From contig MU054925.1 of the NCBI GenBank assembly GCA_013239625.1, positions 5,026,018 through 5,090,017 on the forward strand: a stretch of DNA of 64,000 nt. The letters run 5' to 3'. Below, piece by piece: positions 13,543-26,763 of this stretch. The position numbers and the translations under genes were made by a program. The notes under the pieces are model-generated. The model saw only the letters and a list, made by a program, of their open reading frames with translations, was not told the origin of the DNA and searched no databases. The stretch is from Lama guanicoe. Taxonomy: Eukaryota. Numbering within the stretch: position 1 is the stretch's first letter; each line of letters begins with the position of its first letter.

Positions 13543-14239
13543 GCATGGCTATGACTTTTTCCATTTTCTTGTTGAAGAAACTGACTCAAATGAGGGTGAA
13601 TGCACTCGGCCACGGAGCTGCTATATGAATCTGAATCTTTGTTAAATGTAAATGTGAATCTCAGACACAGTGTGAGTAGAGAAAGGTTTCAAGCACCATA
13701 ACAGTATTGCCTTGCAAGGTTTCTTCATTCTAAATTTACCCTTNNNNNNNNNNNNNNNNNNNNNNNNNNNNNNNNNNNNNNNNNNNNNNNNNNNNNNNNN
13801 NNNNNNNNNNNNNNNNNNNNNNNNNNNNNNNNNNNNNNNNNNNNNNNNNNNNNNNNNNNNNNNNNNNNNNNNNNNNNNNNNNNNNNNNNNNNNNNNNNNN
13901 NNNNNNNNNNNNNNTGGGGCTTGCTGGCACCCGGTTATGAATGGGGGTGCATTCACAGAGACAGAAGAAGAGGACAGCTTTTCAAATGGCAACTCTATTC
14001 ATTCCTGATTGTCTGCACATAATTACTGTGAACTCAAGTCAGTTATTCTCATCAGGGACATTTGTTGCTAAGGGAAAATTAAAGAAATTCAATTGTGTGG
14101 ATCCTCCATTGGGTACTTCATTGTGAGTGAGTGATAGGTTCTGGCAGCTTCAGCCTGAGACATCCAGTATGAGTGGGGTGGGAGGCGGACAGGGTGATAG
14201 GGAAGGATGGAGGCCCTGGGATGTGGCCATGTACACGTG

Positions 14240-14430
14240 TCTGGGCTCTATAACTTGTAGTGATGTGACCATGGGCAAGCAGTGTCACTTAATTTCTCTG
14301 AGTTTTAGTCTCTTCATCTGTAAAACAGGATAGTAGCTGAGCCTTGCTCACCACATGTTGGTGAGGATTCTGTCCATCAAAGGGCCTAGCATGGTGTTTG
14401 GCACATAATAAGCACTTAGTGAGTTTTGGC
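14240..14430 (+). mobile_element. MIR SINE
   Basis: tgtgaccatgggcaag...ctcttcatctgtaaaacagga...tggcacataataagcact. Confidence 0.8.
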
Positions 14431-15119
14431 TGCAAAGTTGGTGGTGGTTGTTCTACTGTTGAGGTAAATGGTGATCTAGATGAGTCACTTTCTGTGGTAT
14501 TCAAGGCAGGCTACGCCTGCTTTCTGAACCCCTGTTTTCCTTTTTGGAAAAATAAGGAATCAGTCTAGCTGAGCTCCATGATCCTTGTGTACCTACATCT
14601 TTGTAAGATAATAAGTTTTAAATGCCTGAGAGTTAGAACAGTACTCAGTAGATGGTTGGCAGCCTTAGTTATTGGTTTGAAATTCCATAGATTAACAGTA
14701 ATGACTGGCAAATATATGTGGTGTTTTCCATGGCACTCCAGACAAAGAAAGGTCTTCATAATAAACTATGTTATTTAGATTACATGTAGCCCTGATTTTA
14801 TTTGATAATTCATGTGTTTCTCAAAAGCACCAAGCAACTTCCAGGCAGTCTATAGTCATGCTGCAAATAGACTCAATGGTTTATCACTATGTCAGTATGG
14901 GTGCCTGCAGTTGTCAGAGGAATACAAATTTCATCTTCAGAAAGGTTCAGAGCCAAATGAATCTCGCCATTGATAGTGCTGGACTCATTGCATTGTATCT
15001 GGGCCTAGACAATTAGAATTAGATATGGTGCAATTTTCAGGGTTATTTAAATCACATGTGCTGCCTATCTCTGCCTGCCCCAAAGACCTTTCTTCCTTTT
15101 ATTGGCCAAACTTCACAGA

Positions 15120-15375
15120 GCAGTTAAATATACATGTGCTGGACCAGACAGCCCAAGTTCAAATTTTGGCCCTGCTGCATACTCACTGGATGAATTTGGG
15201 CAGTTAACTCCAACTTCCCCTCCAATCCCCTCCAATTTATGAAATAGAGATAGCAGTTCTTCTTACCTCAGAGTTATTGTTTGTGATGTTTTACTGTAAA
15301 GTAAATTAATATGTGTATAGTGGAACAGCATCTGGCGTATAGTAATTTCTTAATAAATTTAGCTGTTACCATTAT
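15120..15375 (+). mobile_element. MIR SINE
   Basis: ctggaccagacagcccaagttcaaat...tttgggcagttaact...aataaatttagctgttaccattatt. Confidence 0.75.
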
Positions 15376-17858
15376 TGGGTTATTATATGCCGTCTGCATG
15401 ATGACATATCACTACCATATTTACTTATAATCTATGCTTTTGTTTATTTAATGTTTATTTCACTTTAACTGACTGACTTTTTGAAATTTAAATGAATTAA
15501 ACATTAAAAGGAAGGTTCCTAAATTAAAAGTCACTATTGCTTGCCATAAAGAGAAATTCAATTGTTAAAAATAAGAACCCTGAAAGTAAGCAATGCTATC
15601 AAATTGTACTCAGATCCTCTGACCTTCATATTTGGCCTCCATAGGAGAAAAGGAGAGAAGAGCAAATGAAAGAAAAATGAAAGAAAGATGGCAAAAACTC
15701 CCAAGCATCAAACAAAGACATCCTCCTGACAAAATCAGGGGCATTGAAAAAGAAACAGGAAGAAGATGATGTTCTCACTAAGTGCCTCTGTGTTGTTACT
15801 GTTGGACATGGGCTGCCTAAAATCCCCTTGCCTTCCACCCAAGGGAGGCAATTTGCCATTAGGCACTGAGAGTCTCCCATTTCCTTTGTCTGTGTTACTT
15901 GCCTGAAAAACACCATTCAGGAGAATCATTCATTTATTCAGCAAGCATGAAATGACACTTCCTGTGAGCTAGCCCCACAGGGCACAGGGGATAGGCAATC
16001 CTTGGGACCTGGCCCTTTGTGGGCATGATGACTATCAGCTCTGTACCCTTAGTGGAGTCAGGATCAGGGAGGCAGCCACCTGCTTGCCTTTCTAACCAAA
16101 CAGCAATGACTCAAAAAGGCTGACAATCTGAGGATTCAATGAAATAACATAGACAGTGAACATCCTGGTGGCAGTAAGCGCATACACTTGAGTGGTTCTA
16201 GTGATATACCAGCCACTTTCCATGGATGGATTCATTTGATCTTCAAACAACCATGTGGAGTTGGTTCTGTTATTCCATTTTCCAGATGAGAACACTATGG
16301 TGTGGAGAAATTAAATACCCATCTGATGTCACACAGCAATGGCAGAATTCACAACACCCAGAGTTTCTGCTCTTAGCTGCCATGCAATTAGCCCATCTCC
16401 TGGCATGTAGATGATTAATGCTTACAACTAGCATTTCATGAAGGCTGTGTGTGGATGGGGGGCACACATGTGTGTGAAAATGTGCATATGTGTCACTCTG
16501 TTAAGAGCTGTACATACTTTAGTCTGTTTATTCCTTGGAACAACCCTGTAAATTAGTACAGGAATCTTCCCTTAATGTCAGTGACCAGTCCTGGAAAATC
16601 ACATGTTATGCATAAAAAAGCTGATTAAGAGTCTACTTCCTTTTGTTTTAAATATGAAAAATTACAATGTATTATGCTTCAATCAACCCAAGCCCCCAAT
16701 CAGTTTCCTCAAAATAATTAAAGCTTAGTAAAAATCCTGTACGTAGAAGAATCACATTATATTATATGTATATAATATATATATATATTCACAAGTATAT
16801 ATTTATATTTCTATATAAACATCAGCCAAAAACTTTATACAAAGTTTGGGAGTTGGAAACCTGTAAGCAAGCATTCTACTGGGAAAATGTTCATGAGTAG
16901 ACCTCTTGTGAAAAGCACCTGTACTACTGGCATCTCCATTTTATGGATGAGAATACCGAGGATTAGCTAAAAGCAGTGAGGCAGGACATTGTCCAAACTT
17001 CTCTTACTTTACCCTTCACCACTATTGTATAGGATCTCTCATCATTGTCATCATCATTAATGGCCTCATTAGAATGCTAGGATTATTTTGTTTTTGTTAC
17101 TATTGTTATTATTACTTGACATTAGCACTCATTATACTCCAGGTACTGCACTAAGTACTCAGTACATATTGTTTCATTTAATTCTCACATCAACCTCTAA
17201 TAGAAGGACTATATTCTACCCTATTTGCAAATTTTAAAAACTGAGACTTAGGTTTTGGAATTTTACCACTGGACATAACTTGTTTAAGTTTTTTAATTGA
17301 CCACCAAGCCTTTACCAAGTACCTGCTATGTAATCATCTATGTACCAGGGTTATTTAGTAGTACTATCTTACTAGACAAGGAAATTCATCATAGTAGGAT
17401 TAGGCTCATGGCTCTGTTTCAAAGACATTATGTATTTTACTATTCCATATTTCAATTATGTTTCTGTAATAAAACCATGCAGTTGTATCATGACCTTTGT
17501 GTCACCCTAAATAATATGGTATAACTTGTATTTTATACATTTATTCAGAAAATTGTATGTGTATGTGTTGTTGCTAAGTTCAAGTAAGTCTGAGACCCAG
17601 TGACTGATGTTGTCCCAGAAAGTAGAATTCTTGTGATGCATAAATGATAGTTGATCACGCCAACAAAACTGCTTGAGGAATTATAGCTTATAGAGTTGCT
17701 TGGCAGATGAAATCACTTGACTAATTAGAAAATAATGCATTATGCTGTGCCTAGAAAAATCACAGAGCAGCAGGAGCAGAACTGCGTTCTGAGTTACTGT
17801 GGGCTGCCAGTCACAACAAAGCCTGAGCCTTTATCTTTTTCCCCCCTTATTCCTACAG

Positions 17859-17970
17859 CCCAGAAATTGAAACAGACCCTGGAGCCTTGTGATACTGAAT
17901 ATCCAGCGTTTGTCTCTGAGCGCACCATCAAGGAAACCTCAGGGAACATTGCTTGTGAAGACTGCTCCAA
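17859..17970 (+). CDS. CACNA2D3: CACNA2D3 coding exon (~35), 112 bp: (A)QKLKQTLEPCDTEYPAFVSERTIKETSGNIACEDCS(K)
   Basis: Long polypyrimidine tract with CAG (AG 17857-17858) and GTAAGC donor at 17971. Contained in ORF 17735..17974. Confidence 0.97.
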
Positions 17971-18559
17971 GTAAGCACCCCACCCCCTTTCCTGCTCAGT
18001 GTAGAACTCTCCCAGATGGGCCAGTGTGACTGGCATGCACAGGATTACGTTGAGAGCTGGAAACATGGCTGCCCTCTTGTGTATTTTCATTAGCTTGGAA
18101 GAAATACCACTTGGCTTTGTTAGAGAGATCACTTAGAGTTTGGGAAACATTCAAATATACATCCTAGTATATAGGAGATTTTTAGGCTAGTCTGTATATG
18201 GTTGGACAAACACTAACTGGTCTTTTCCCAATAGACAGTTGACAATTTCAGATGTTTGGAGAAAGTTCTTGGGTGTTTTTACTGAAGGCACTAAGCCTTC
18301 AGGATTCACCCAAATCTGCCATATTGGAGTTGATTTCTTGGTGGCTTAATGTGAATGTCTCTGATTAGTAATGAGATTTGACCTCCTTAACTGGTTTTAT
18401 TGGTCATTTGGGGTCTCTGGCCTCTTCATTCCTGTTGGCTGTTCTGTACTAGGTAGCAGACGTATTCTTACTGATTTGGGCATTCGTTCTGTTTCAGGTA
18501 CAATTTCTTTGCAGTTCTATGCTTTGTATGTGTGTCTTCTTATTCCTCTAAAATTTTCT

Positions 18560-21500
18560 TTTTAGAGATGTCTTCAGATGCATATAAATTTTCTTTTGTT
18601 TTTATTTTAATGTAGTCTAATATATTCTTATTTTCTTCTTTGATGTGTGCATTTTGTGCCTTGTTTCAGAAACTAGCCTCTGCCGTAATGTAGTAAATAA
18701 ATTCTCATATATTTTTATTCTGAACACTTAAAGGGTTGCCTTTCACATTTAGGACTTTAATCCCTCTGGGATTTACCTTTGTGAGTATCATGAGGTAGGA
18801 TCTAATTTGGTCCTTTTCCATGTAGTTAGTCTGTTAAATAGCACTTTTTGAGTAGGTTTTATTTTCCAATAGATTTATTATGAAATCTGTGTCATAGGCT
18901 GAGTTCCATCTATATGCAGATCTGTTTTCAGATTTTATAATTTGTCAGTACCTGGATCAACAACATATCTCTTTAATTATTACAGCTTTATCATGTGACT
19001 TATTCAGGAGAACAAATCTCTTACTCTTCTTCTAAATTGTCTTGGGTATTCTTGCCTCTTTACTTTTCTATATTAATTTTGAAGTCAGCTTATTAATTTC
19101 AATGAATTATGCTAGAGTTTTGATTAAAATTGGTATCAGTTATAGATTAATTTGAAGATAATTGCTTTTTTAATGCTATTGGACATTCTCACTTATAAGC
19201 TTAATATCTCTATTTACACACCTCTTAATACAGTTTTATAATTTTTGTCAGATTCCTACCTAAACAGCTTAAAATTTTTTTGCTGTCAGAAATGGCATAT
19301 GTTTAAAACTACATTATCTAATTGGTAATTGCTAGTATATGAGAACCTCACTGTATATTGAATATCTTGTATCCAACTGCTTAGTGCTCTTTAAGATCTA
19401 ATAATTTGTGTATGGATTCTCCAGGACTTTTTTAATACACAGTAATATCATTTGCAAAATTTTCCTTTGTTATCGCCACACTTAATTATTGTTTTATTGC
19501 ACTGGACTTCTGATATTTTGTTGAATAGAAGCCGTGAGAGTAGACAACTCTATCTTGTTCCTAATTTAAAAGAATTGCTTGTCATAATTTCATGTTAAGT
19601 ATGACGTTTGCTATAGGGTTTTTAAATTGTAGGAAAATACAAATAATATAAAATTTACTATCATAATTATTTTTAAGTGTGTATTTCAGGGGCATTAAGC
19701 ACACTCCCAATGTTGTACAGCCTTAATTATTATCCATTTTCTAAATTGTTATAAGGTTTTGGTAATCATTTATTAGGTTAAAGAAAACCTCTTCAAGCAT
19801 ATTCGTTGCTATGATTGTTATTGTTTGACACTTGAATGGATGTTAAATTTTATCAAAAATTTGTCTACATCCATTACTAAAATAATTTGTTAATATCTTG
19901 TTACATTAATATAATTAAAAAATTTAAATCATGAACCATATCATACATACTATAAATATCTTTAATAGTAGATGGATTATCTAATATGAAAGCATATTTG
20001 CTTTCCCAGGATGGACTTTCATTGTCGTGATTCCAAAAACCAAAAACCATATTACTTGATTCATTTGTTTATATTATATTATGAACGTTCGTGTCTGTGC
20101 TCAAAAAGGAGAGTGGGCTATAACTTTTCCTTTCTTGTACTGTCATTTGGCTTTGCTATTAAGGTCATTTCATTGTCACAAAATTACTTGGAGAGTTTTT
20201 CCCCTTTCTCTAATATCTTTAACATTTTGTATAAGATTGAATTATCTGTTTCTGGTAGACTTAGTAAAACTTATCCATAAAATTATCAGTGACTAATGGG
20301 TTTTTGTTTGTCTTTGTGTGTGAGTAAATTTTCTTTTACTGAATTAGTTTCTTTAGTAGATATTTATTTGGAATTTCCATTTCTTTTTGGAATGATTTTG
20401 GAAGAAACAACACTTGTCTTTGTTAGAGAGATCATTTAGAGTTTGGGAAACATTCAAATGTATGAAAATACACCCTAGAAAATTGTCTATTTTATCTCGA
20501 TTTTCAAGTTTATTGCATGCATTTGTTAACAGTGTTCTCTTTTCATTACAAATGCTACCATACTTGTGATTTTGCCCCTTTTAAATCAGTCTCTTTCTCT
20601 CTTTCTCTCTCCCTCTCTTCCTGTTTCCATCCCTTGCACTCTCCTGTGTTTTCCTCTTTTCCTCTCTCCTCTCTCCTTACTGGCAGAGATGTTTGTTTTC
20701 CTTTTCAAAGAACCATCGTTTATTCTCATTCACTCTGTTGTTTCTTTGACTTTCTATTTCATTTATTTTTTTTCTTACGTGTATCGTTAGCTTCTGTGTT
20801 TTGGGGATTTACTCTATTTTTTATTTTCTACCATTTTGTGTTTGTTGCTTAACTTTTCAGCTTCATTTGTAGGTCTAACATTTATTTTATATATTATATA
20901 TAATTTCTTTCTACATTCCAGTTTATATTTGTATATTTAATATATAGAGCTTTCATTATTATTCAACTCCAAAAGTTTTCTAATTTACATCATTTTTTTG
21001 ACCTGTAAATTTTTAAATACGATTTTAAGATTTCCTAATATATGAGTTTTGAGGTTATCTTTTTTTGTTACTGATATCTAATTAAATGACATTGTGGTCT
21101 GTATAACACATGTGTTTTAGTATATGTGGATACTTGCTTTGTATTTTATTATTTGTCCATGTGTTTTTGAAAGCAGTTTTCATTGTCTAAAAACTGAGTA
21201 CTGGGATTAATACATATCCATAGAATCAGATGTGTTAATGGTATTTCAAACAAAAATTTTTTTGGTCTATTTTAAGTGTCAAGCCCTCACCAGGCTATGC
21301 ATTTTTTCATTTCTTCATGTTATTTATGTTGTTTTACTTTCTATATTTTGAAGCTATAGTTCAAGATTGGTTAGCTTCCTAATAAATCATCCTTTTTATC
21401 ATTGTATAATAACTCTTTTTATAGAAAGTGCTTTATGCTTTAAGCCTATTTTTTTGGCTAATAGCATAGGATTCATAGATCTTTAGGTAATATTTCTTAG

Positions 21501-22450
21501 GCATATTTATACCCTTCCATTTCCAAGTTTTTTTTGTCATTTTGCATTAGGATTTTGTATTATAAATAGAATATAGTAGGATTTGAAATTTTATTATCTC
21601 TGTCTATTATTGGTAGATTTAATCTTTTAAAATTTCTTGTGCTTACCAATAAGTTTGGATTTATTTCTATCATAATTTTATATGCTTTCTTTTTCCCATG
21701 CCTTTTCTTTCTTTCTTTCTTTCTTCCTTTTTTTTTGCCTTCTGTTATATTCATTGAACTTTCTTGATTACTTTCTTTTCCTTACTAGTATGCAAAGCAT
21801 ATACTGTCTTCTTTTAGTAGATGCCCTTAACCTTTTAAGCATGTTTCAGTTGGTTAGGATCACTTCTCTCCTCCAGAACAAACAAAGCATTAGGACCTCT
21901 TACTTGGATTACCTCTCATCTTTTTTTATGTAGTAATTTCTAACATTTTAGTTTTACTGTGTTTTCAACTTGCCAAATATTTTATTATTGTTATTGCTGC
22001 CTAGAGTAAATAAGATGTTTACCAATTTGTTTACTTTCCATTGCCTTTTTTTAAACCATTGTTTTTGGTTCTGCAGTACATTAGATATTATTTGCAGGAA
22101 TGATCTGGGAATGATAAATTATCTCATTCTTTGAAATATCTTATTTAATACATACTCTGCAGTGATAATTTAACTTCATATTATTTAAATTGAAATATTT
22201 TGAAGATACTCTTCTATTGTCTTCTGACTTTTATGTTTGGACCTTTATAAGTAGTCTGGCTTTTCCTTCCTCTGTGATGGCTTTTAAAGTGTGTCTCTTT
22301 AATGTTCTGAATATTACTGAAGTGTGTTTAGATACAAATATATTTCTATTTGTTTGTGTACTTTATTCTAGATAATTTCCTTAAATGTATTTGAGTTGAC
22401 TAATTTCCTTTTGATTGTGTCTATTCTGCTGCTTCAAGAATCCACTGAGA
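18560..22450 (-). mobile_element. Old antisense L1 (L1M-type), fragmented
   Basis: T-rich, with recognisable reverse L1 ORF2 motifs (tttcacatttaggactttaatcc, ttgttgaatagaagccgtgagagtagaca, ttgaatggatgttaaattttatcaaa). Confidence 0.8.
19608..19760 (-). mobile_element. Truncated L1 3' end nested in the older L1, with a degenerate 15-bp target-site duplication (TSD)
   Basis: aaaatttactatcataattatttttaagtgtgtatttcaggggcattaag. Flanks are ttgctatagggtttt (19608-19622) and ttgttataaggtttt (19746-19760), 13/15 identical. Confidence 0.72.
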
Positions 22451-22471
22451 TTTTTTTTAAATACTGCATTC

Positions 22472-22520
22472 TTTTTTTTTAATTGAAGTATAGTTAAGTT
22501 TCAATACTATATTAGTTTCG
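22472..22520 (-). mobile_element. Very short L1 3'-terminal fragment
   Basis: tttttttttaattgaagtatagttaagtttcaatactatattagtttc has the same type of terminus as the 40.1-kb insertion. No TSD seen. Confidence 0.6.
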
Positions 22521-23059
22521 TGTCTGCTTTCTTTCCTGATTATCTTCCCACATGCTTTGTAATTTTTGATTGTAAATTGATCTTTCCCGTTTATTATTTC
22601 TGTGGGAGCAGAACAGAGCCTGAGTTTCTCTTCACAGTAGATTTAGATTTGGGCTTCAATCATGTATCCTATTGGTATTGACTGCCTGGGAATCATTGTT
22701 ATGTATGTGTATTTTGTATTTAGGAGTTCCTGCATCATGTAATTACAGTAAATATTTTTCCTAAGCAGTATGTAGTTTAGGCTTAGAGTTTGATTTCTTA
22801 ACACTAATAACTGTTTCTCCATTCAGAGTCCCATACAGCACCACATTATCAGGTTTTTACTCTTAGTTATAAGTATACAAGTTGACTTTTAGTGTCTTTT
22901 CTTGTAAGTTCTTTTGTATTTAAACATGCTTGTTTTGTTTTACTATTTCATCCAGTATGTCTAAGTGTTAGAGCAGAAGCACTCCCATATTTGCCCAGCT
23001 CACCATGTTATAGCTTACTATGTCAATTGAGGACTCTAAAGCCATCACAGGAAAGCACT

Positions 23060-23310
23060 GAAGTATGGTGGCTTAATGCAGGGGCTATGGAATCAGAGGG
23101 TTCAGAGTGTGAGTTTTAACTCCATTAATTGCTAACTGTTTGGCCTTGAGCAAGAACCTAAACTCTCTGAGACTCAGCTTCTTCTGGATAGTTTGGGGGA
23201 TAATAATGGTAAACATATCAAAGCCTTTTTGTAAGAATTAAATGGGAAAATTTATGTTGTGAATTTAGCGTAATGAGTGGGAGAAAGTAAGTACTCAATT
23301 AATAGCCATA
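23060..23310 (+). mobile_element. MIR SINE
   Basis: gccttgagcaag...ctctctgagactcagctt...ggggataataat...taagtactcaat. Confidence 0.75.
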
Positions 23311-24589
23311 CTTAACACAAGCATTATACCATACCAACTTAGTATAAAAATATTTTAATTCCCATAAAACATTCTGTTGAAATGTGAATGTTCCTTTTCA
23401 TAGTCTAACATCACTTCACTACTATAAAATTCCCTGGAAGAAATGGGTACAGCACATATGTATCTCAGATGACCAAAGTTCTTGTATGACCTAAGGATTG
23501 TTGACAGTTCGTGGCTCTGTGGTTCTGTGAAGTGGACTTGATCATGAACCTTTTTGAGCAGGGGCATTTTATCTCCCCACTCATCGTAATTGCAAACTCC
23601 ATGAGGTGGCCAGTATCTCTTAGCAAATGATAGGCGATCATATTTAGTGGAGTAAGTAAGGTTTCTCATTTCCATTCAAAATGAGACAACAAGTAGAACC
23701 AAGATGGATGACTGCTAGCAAAAGCACTGTTTTTCCTTATTGACTCATAATTAGAAACCAAAGATATGAATGCAGTTTGATTAAAATAAGTGACCTAAAG
23801 ATTTCAAACTGAAGAGAAGACTACCTTTTATTCAATGGGAGGTTATTGTGTTCCTCTAGGGCTCAGAAACCGTAGGTGCTTTGGAGAAGCCAAAGATGGA
23901 TAAGGTATGAAGTTGATGCTGAAGGTATTTATACCCACTATGACTAGTCTGTTTTGGAGTTTAAATTCCACACTGAGTTGAAGACTCACAGGAGATTGGC
24001 AAGTTGAGTAAGACCGTATACAGTTTGCTGGTAGCAGTGAAAAGATACCCGCTGCAGCCTTGGGAAGATTTTCCTTTCAAAGCTTTATTTCAAGACCACC
24101 ACCCAGCATGCATCTCAGTCATAAACTACAAAGGCAAAACCATAAAGACTCTGGGGTCTGAGTGGGGAGAGGAGCTGGGGCTTTTCCTTTTCCTTTCCTT
24201 TTTAGTTAACTGTCCATTGACATGTAGCACATACAGAAAAGTGTGTAGACCGTAATTTTGTCTCTTGATTAGTTTTCCCACAAAGAGGACACATCTGTAT
24301 AACCAACACTCAGGCTAAGAGGTGAAAGAACATTGTCGGCCTTCCAAGAAGCCCCCCCACCTACCGCCTACTGGGCATGACCCCCACTTACCATAATATA
24401 AGCTTTCTCTTAGTTTCTAGCATCATAGGTTGGTTTTACCTATTTCAAGTGTCTAGTCTGTGAGATGGCAATTTAGTTAAGATATGAAGACTGATGCATG
24501 ACTTACCTTGAAGGATGTTTCTAAGGAATTTGCTTAGAAAACAAAATAGGACTTCAGGGAAAAAATATTAAAGGTAGTTTAGGACATCA

Positions 24590-25130
24590 GTGAACATTTC
24601 TTGATTGTATGTTATATCCTAGACATTGGGCTATGTTGTAAGGAGACAGCAGTGAGTGAGGCACACACCATTCCTTCCTCATGGAGTTTACAAACAAGCA
24701 GCCAGGCAATGCCAGTACTCTATGCTTTGTGCCAGGATTAGAGAGTAAATGTCACACAGGAGCACAGAAGGGAGGCTTGGAGTGGTCAAGAGAGGCTTCC
24801 TGGAAGAAGTGACATCTGATGTAAGACCATCAGGTATAGAGGAGTTAGTAGGCAGGAGTATCCAGGCAGGTGGAAGAGCCTTGTGGCAACAAGAGAAATT
24901 GTGGTTTGTTTAACAGATTGTTAGAAGTTCAGGGAAGCTGGAACATGGACGTGGGGGTGAGGAGAGATGAGACAAGAGCAAGGAATGAGTAAGGGCCAAG
25001 TTGTGTTGCCCGTTTGATCCTGCCGCAGAGTACTAGTCCTTTGAAGGACTTCAAATGCTACCCTGACACCAGTGTGGAACAACAGAGAAATTTTAAGGAA
25101 GGGATTAAAAATGATCAGATTCCAGATAAT
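24590..25130 (-). mobile_element. L2 3' fragment
   Basis: ggagacagcagtgagtgaggcacac...cctcatggagtttaca, and gaggcttcctggaagaagtgacatctga. Confidence 0.7.
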
Positions 25131-26700
25131 GGGAGAAATGACAGCAGTAATGGTGACACCAGACTGACCTTTTGAAGCAGAAACTCCTGATTCAGACAGG
25201 CCATTTGCTGCCCCTCTAAATGTACTCCTCCCAGAACATGCACACTCTGGTCCTAATAAAGCAAACTCATCTGTTTCTTCATCTTAATCCTCCTCCTTCT
25301 CCTCCTCTTTTTAGGCATTGGAAATTGGCAGGTTGGCTGGAGTAAATAGTTCAATGAGAAATCAGTTCATAACTATTTTTTTTTCCTAATCCAAAATGTT
25401 TTTTTGAGGCTTTGTTATAAAAGTATGATACAATGCTCCTATCACATCAAATAGGCTCATAAGGAATAGTCTCATTGAATGCTTTTGAAGGATTGAGCTC
25501 TTCTTGTTTGTTGCATACCCTATTCTCTATCTTTTCTTACTCCATTTTATGAAGTAAAACTTAGCAGACTATATATGTGAATATTTATCAAAGAATGAAG
25601 ATAACATTTTGGCATTTTGTATGAGCTTTGTCAACCTTTGCCTGGAAAGATTGAGGTTTTGCAAGACTAGTTCTCTAAGACGGTTACTAATTTTTGACCA
25701 GCTGTGTAGGTAACTTCAGGTCAGGGGCAGTGACATTCAAAAATAACACTATTCTACAGCATCTGGCCACAAGTGAGTTGGAAACTGAGTTTGGTGAAAA
25801 TTATAGTATTTCAAAAATTACGCACTAAGATCTTTTTCAAAGAAAAACATCTCGCCTCCCGCAATGGAACATACAAAACTGCGTCCATTACAAACTATTT
25901 TCAAGGCAGCGGTTACTTTCCTCCACAAGTAATGGCAGACCATAGAGCAACAGTCCCAAAGGACTGTGCATTTCCCACGGGAACCTGCTTCATGCTGCAG
26001 TTTGCTTGTGGATTCTCATTAATAATCTTCCCATATCTGAGAAGACATCAGATGACTTTGGTGCCTAAACATTTTGCTAGAACTCAGAAACCATGTCAGG
26101 TGGTTCTAGATGTAAAAGTCTTTTTGGTCTCCAACAATCTTTGAAGACTGGCTGCTCCCAACTCCATCTCTGTGTCCTGTTTCGAGAGTCCCTTGTTGGT
26201 TTTATATGGAAAATACATCAAAAGGTGACTCAGTTGCTCTAAATAGAAACTTTCACATTGGCAACGCCAAAAGCAGACATTTATCTGTCTATATCATAGA
26301 CAAATATATTTTAACAGAGGAACAGTATCCAATGTTTAAAAAAAGGATTTTTAAAAATATAGGGTTTATTAAGAATGCAGGAGCCTAAAAGAAAATAAGA
26401 ATTTACATAAGAATGTCATTAAGGTTGGTGGTTTGGCTGCTTTAAGCAATAATTTTCGTCATTCAATATCCCACTGATTATTAAATTAATCTGTTATTCA
26501 AACAGCAATCTAAAACAACTCAGCCCATATTTTCTGGGCATTTGTGACTGTCAACAAGCTTAACAAAATTGGATATCTAAAAAGAATGTGATGTCTTACT
26601 ATTTTCCAGTACGTAGCTTTCCTTCTTGATACCCCCTCACCCTTTGCCGAGAAAGGGAGCCACAGAGACTCCCTTGGAATGAGAATAGATTGCTAAGTTA

Positions 26701-26763
26701 AATACCGGTTAAAAAAAACAGTTAAAAACCAGTTAAAAAACCAATTAAAAACCAGGTAAAAAA
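26701..26763. repeat. Degenerate ~11-bp minisatellite (AAAAACCAGTT-like, ~5 units)
   Basis: ccggttaaaaaaaacagttaaaaaccagttaaaaaaccaattaaaaaccaggtaaaaa. Confidence 0.8.
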
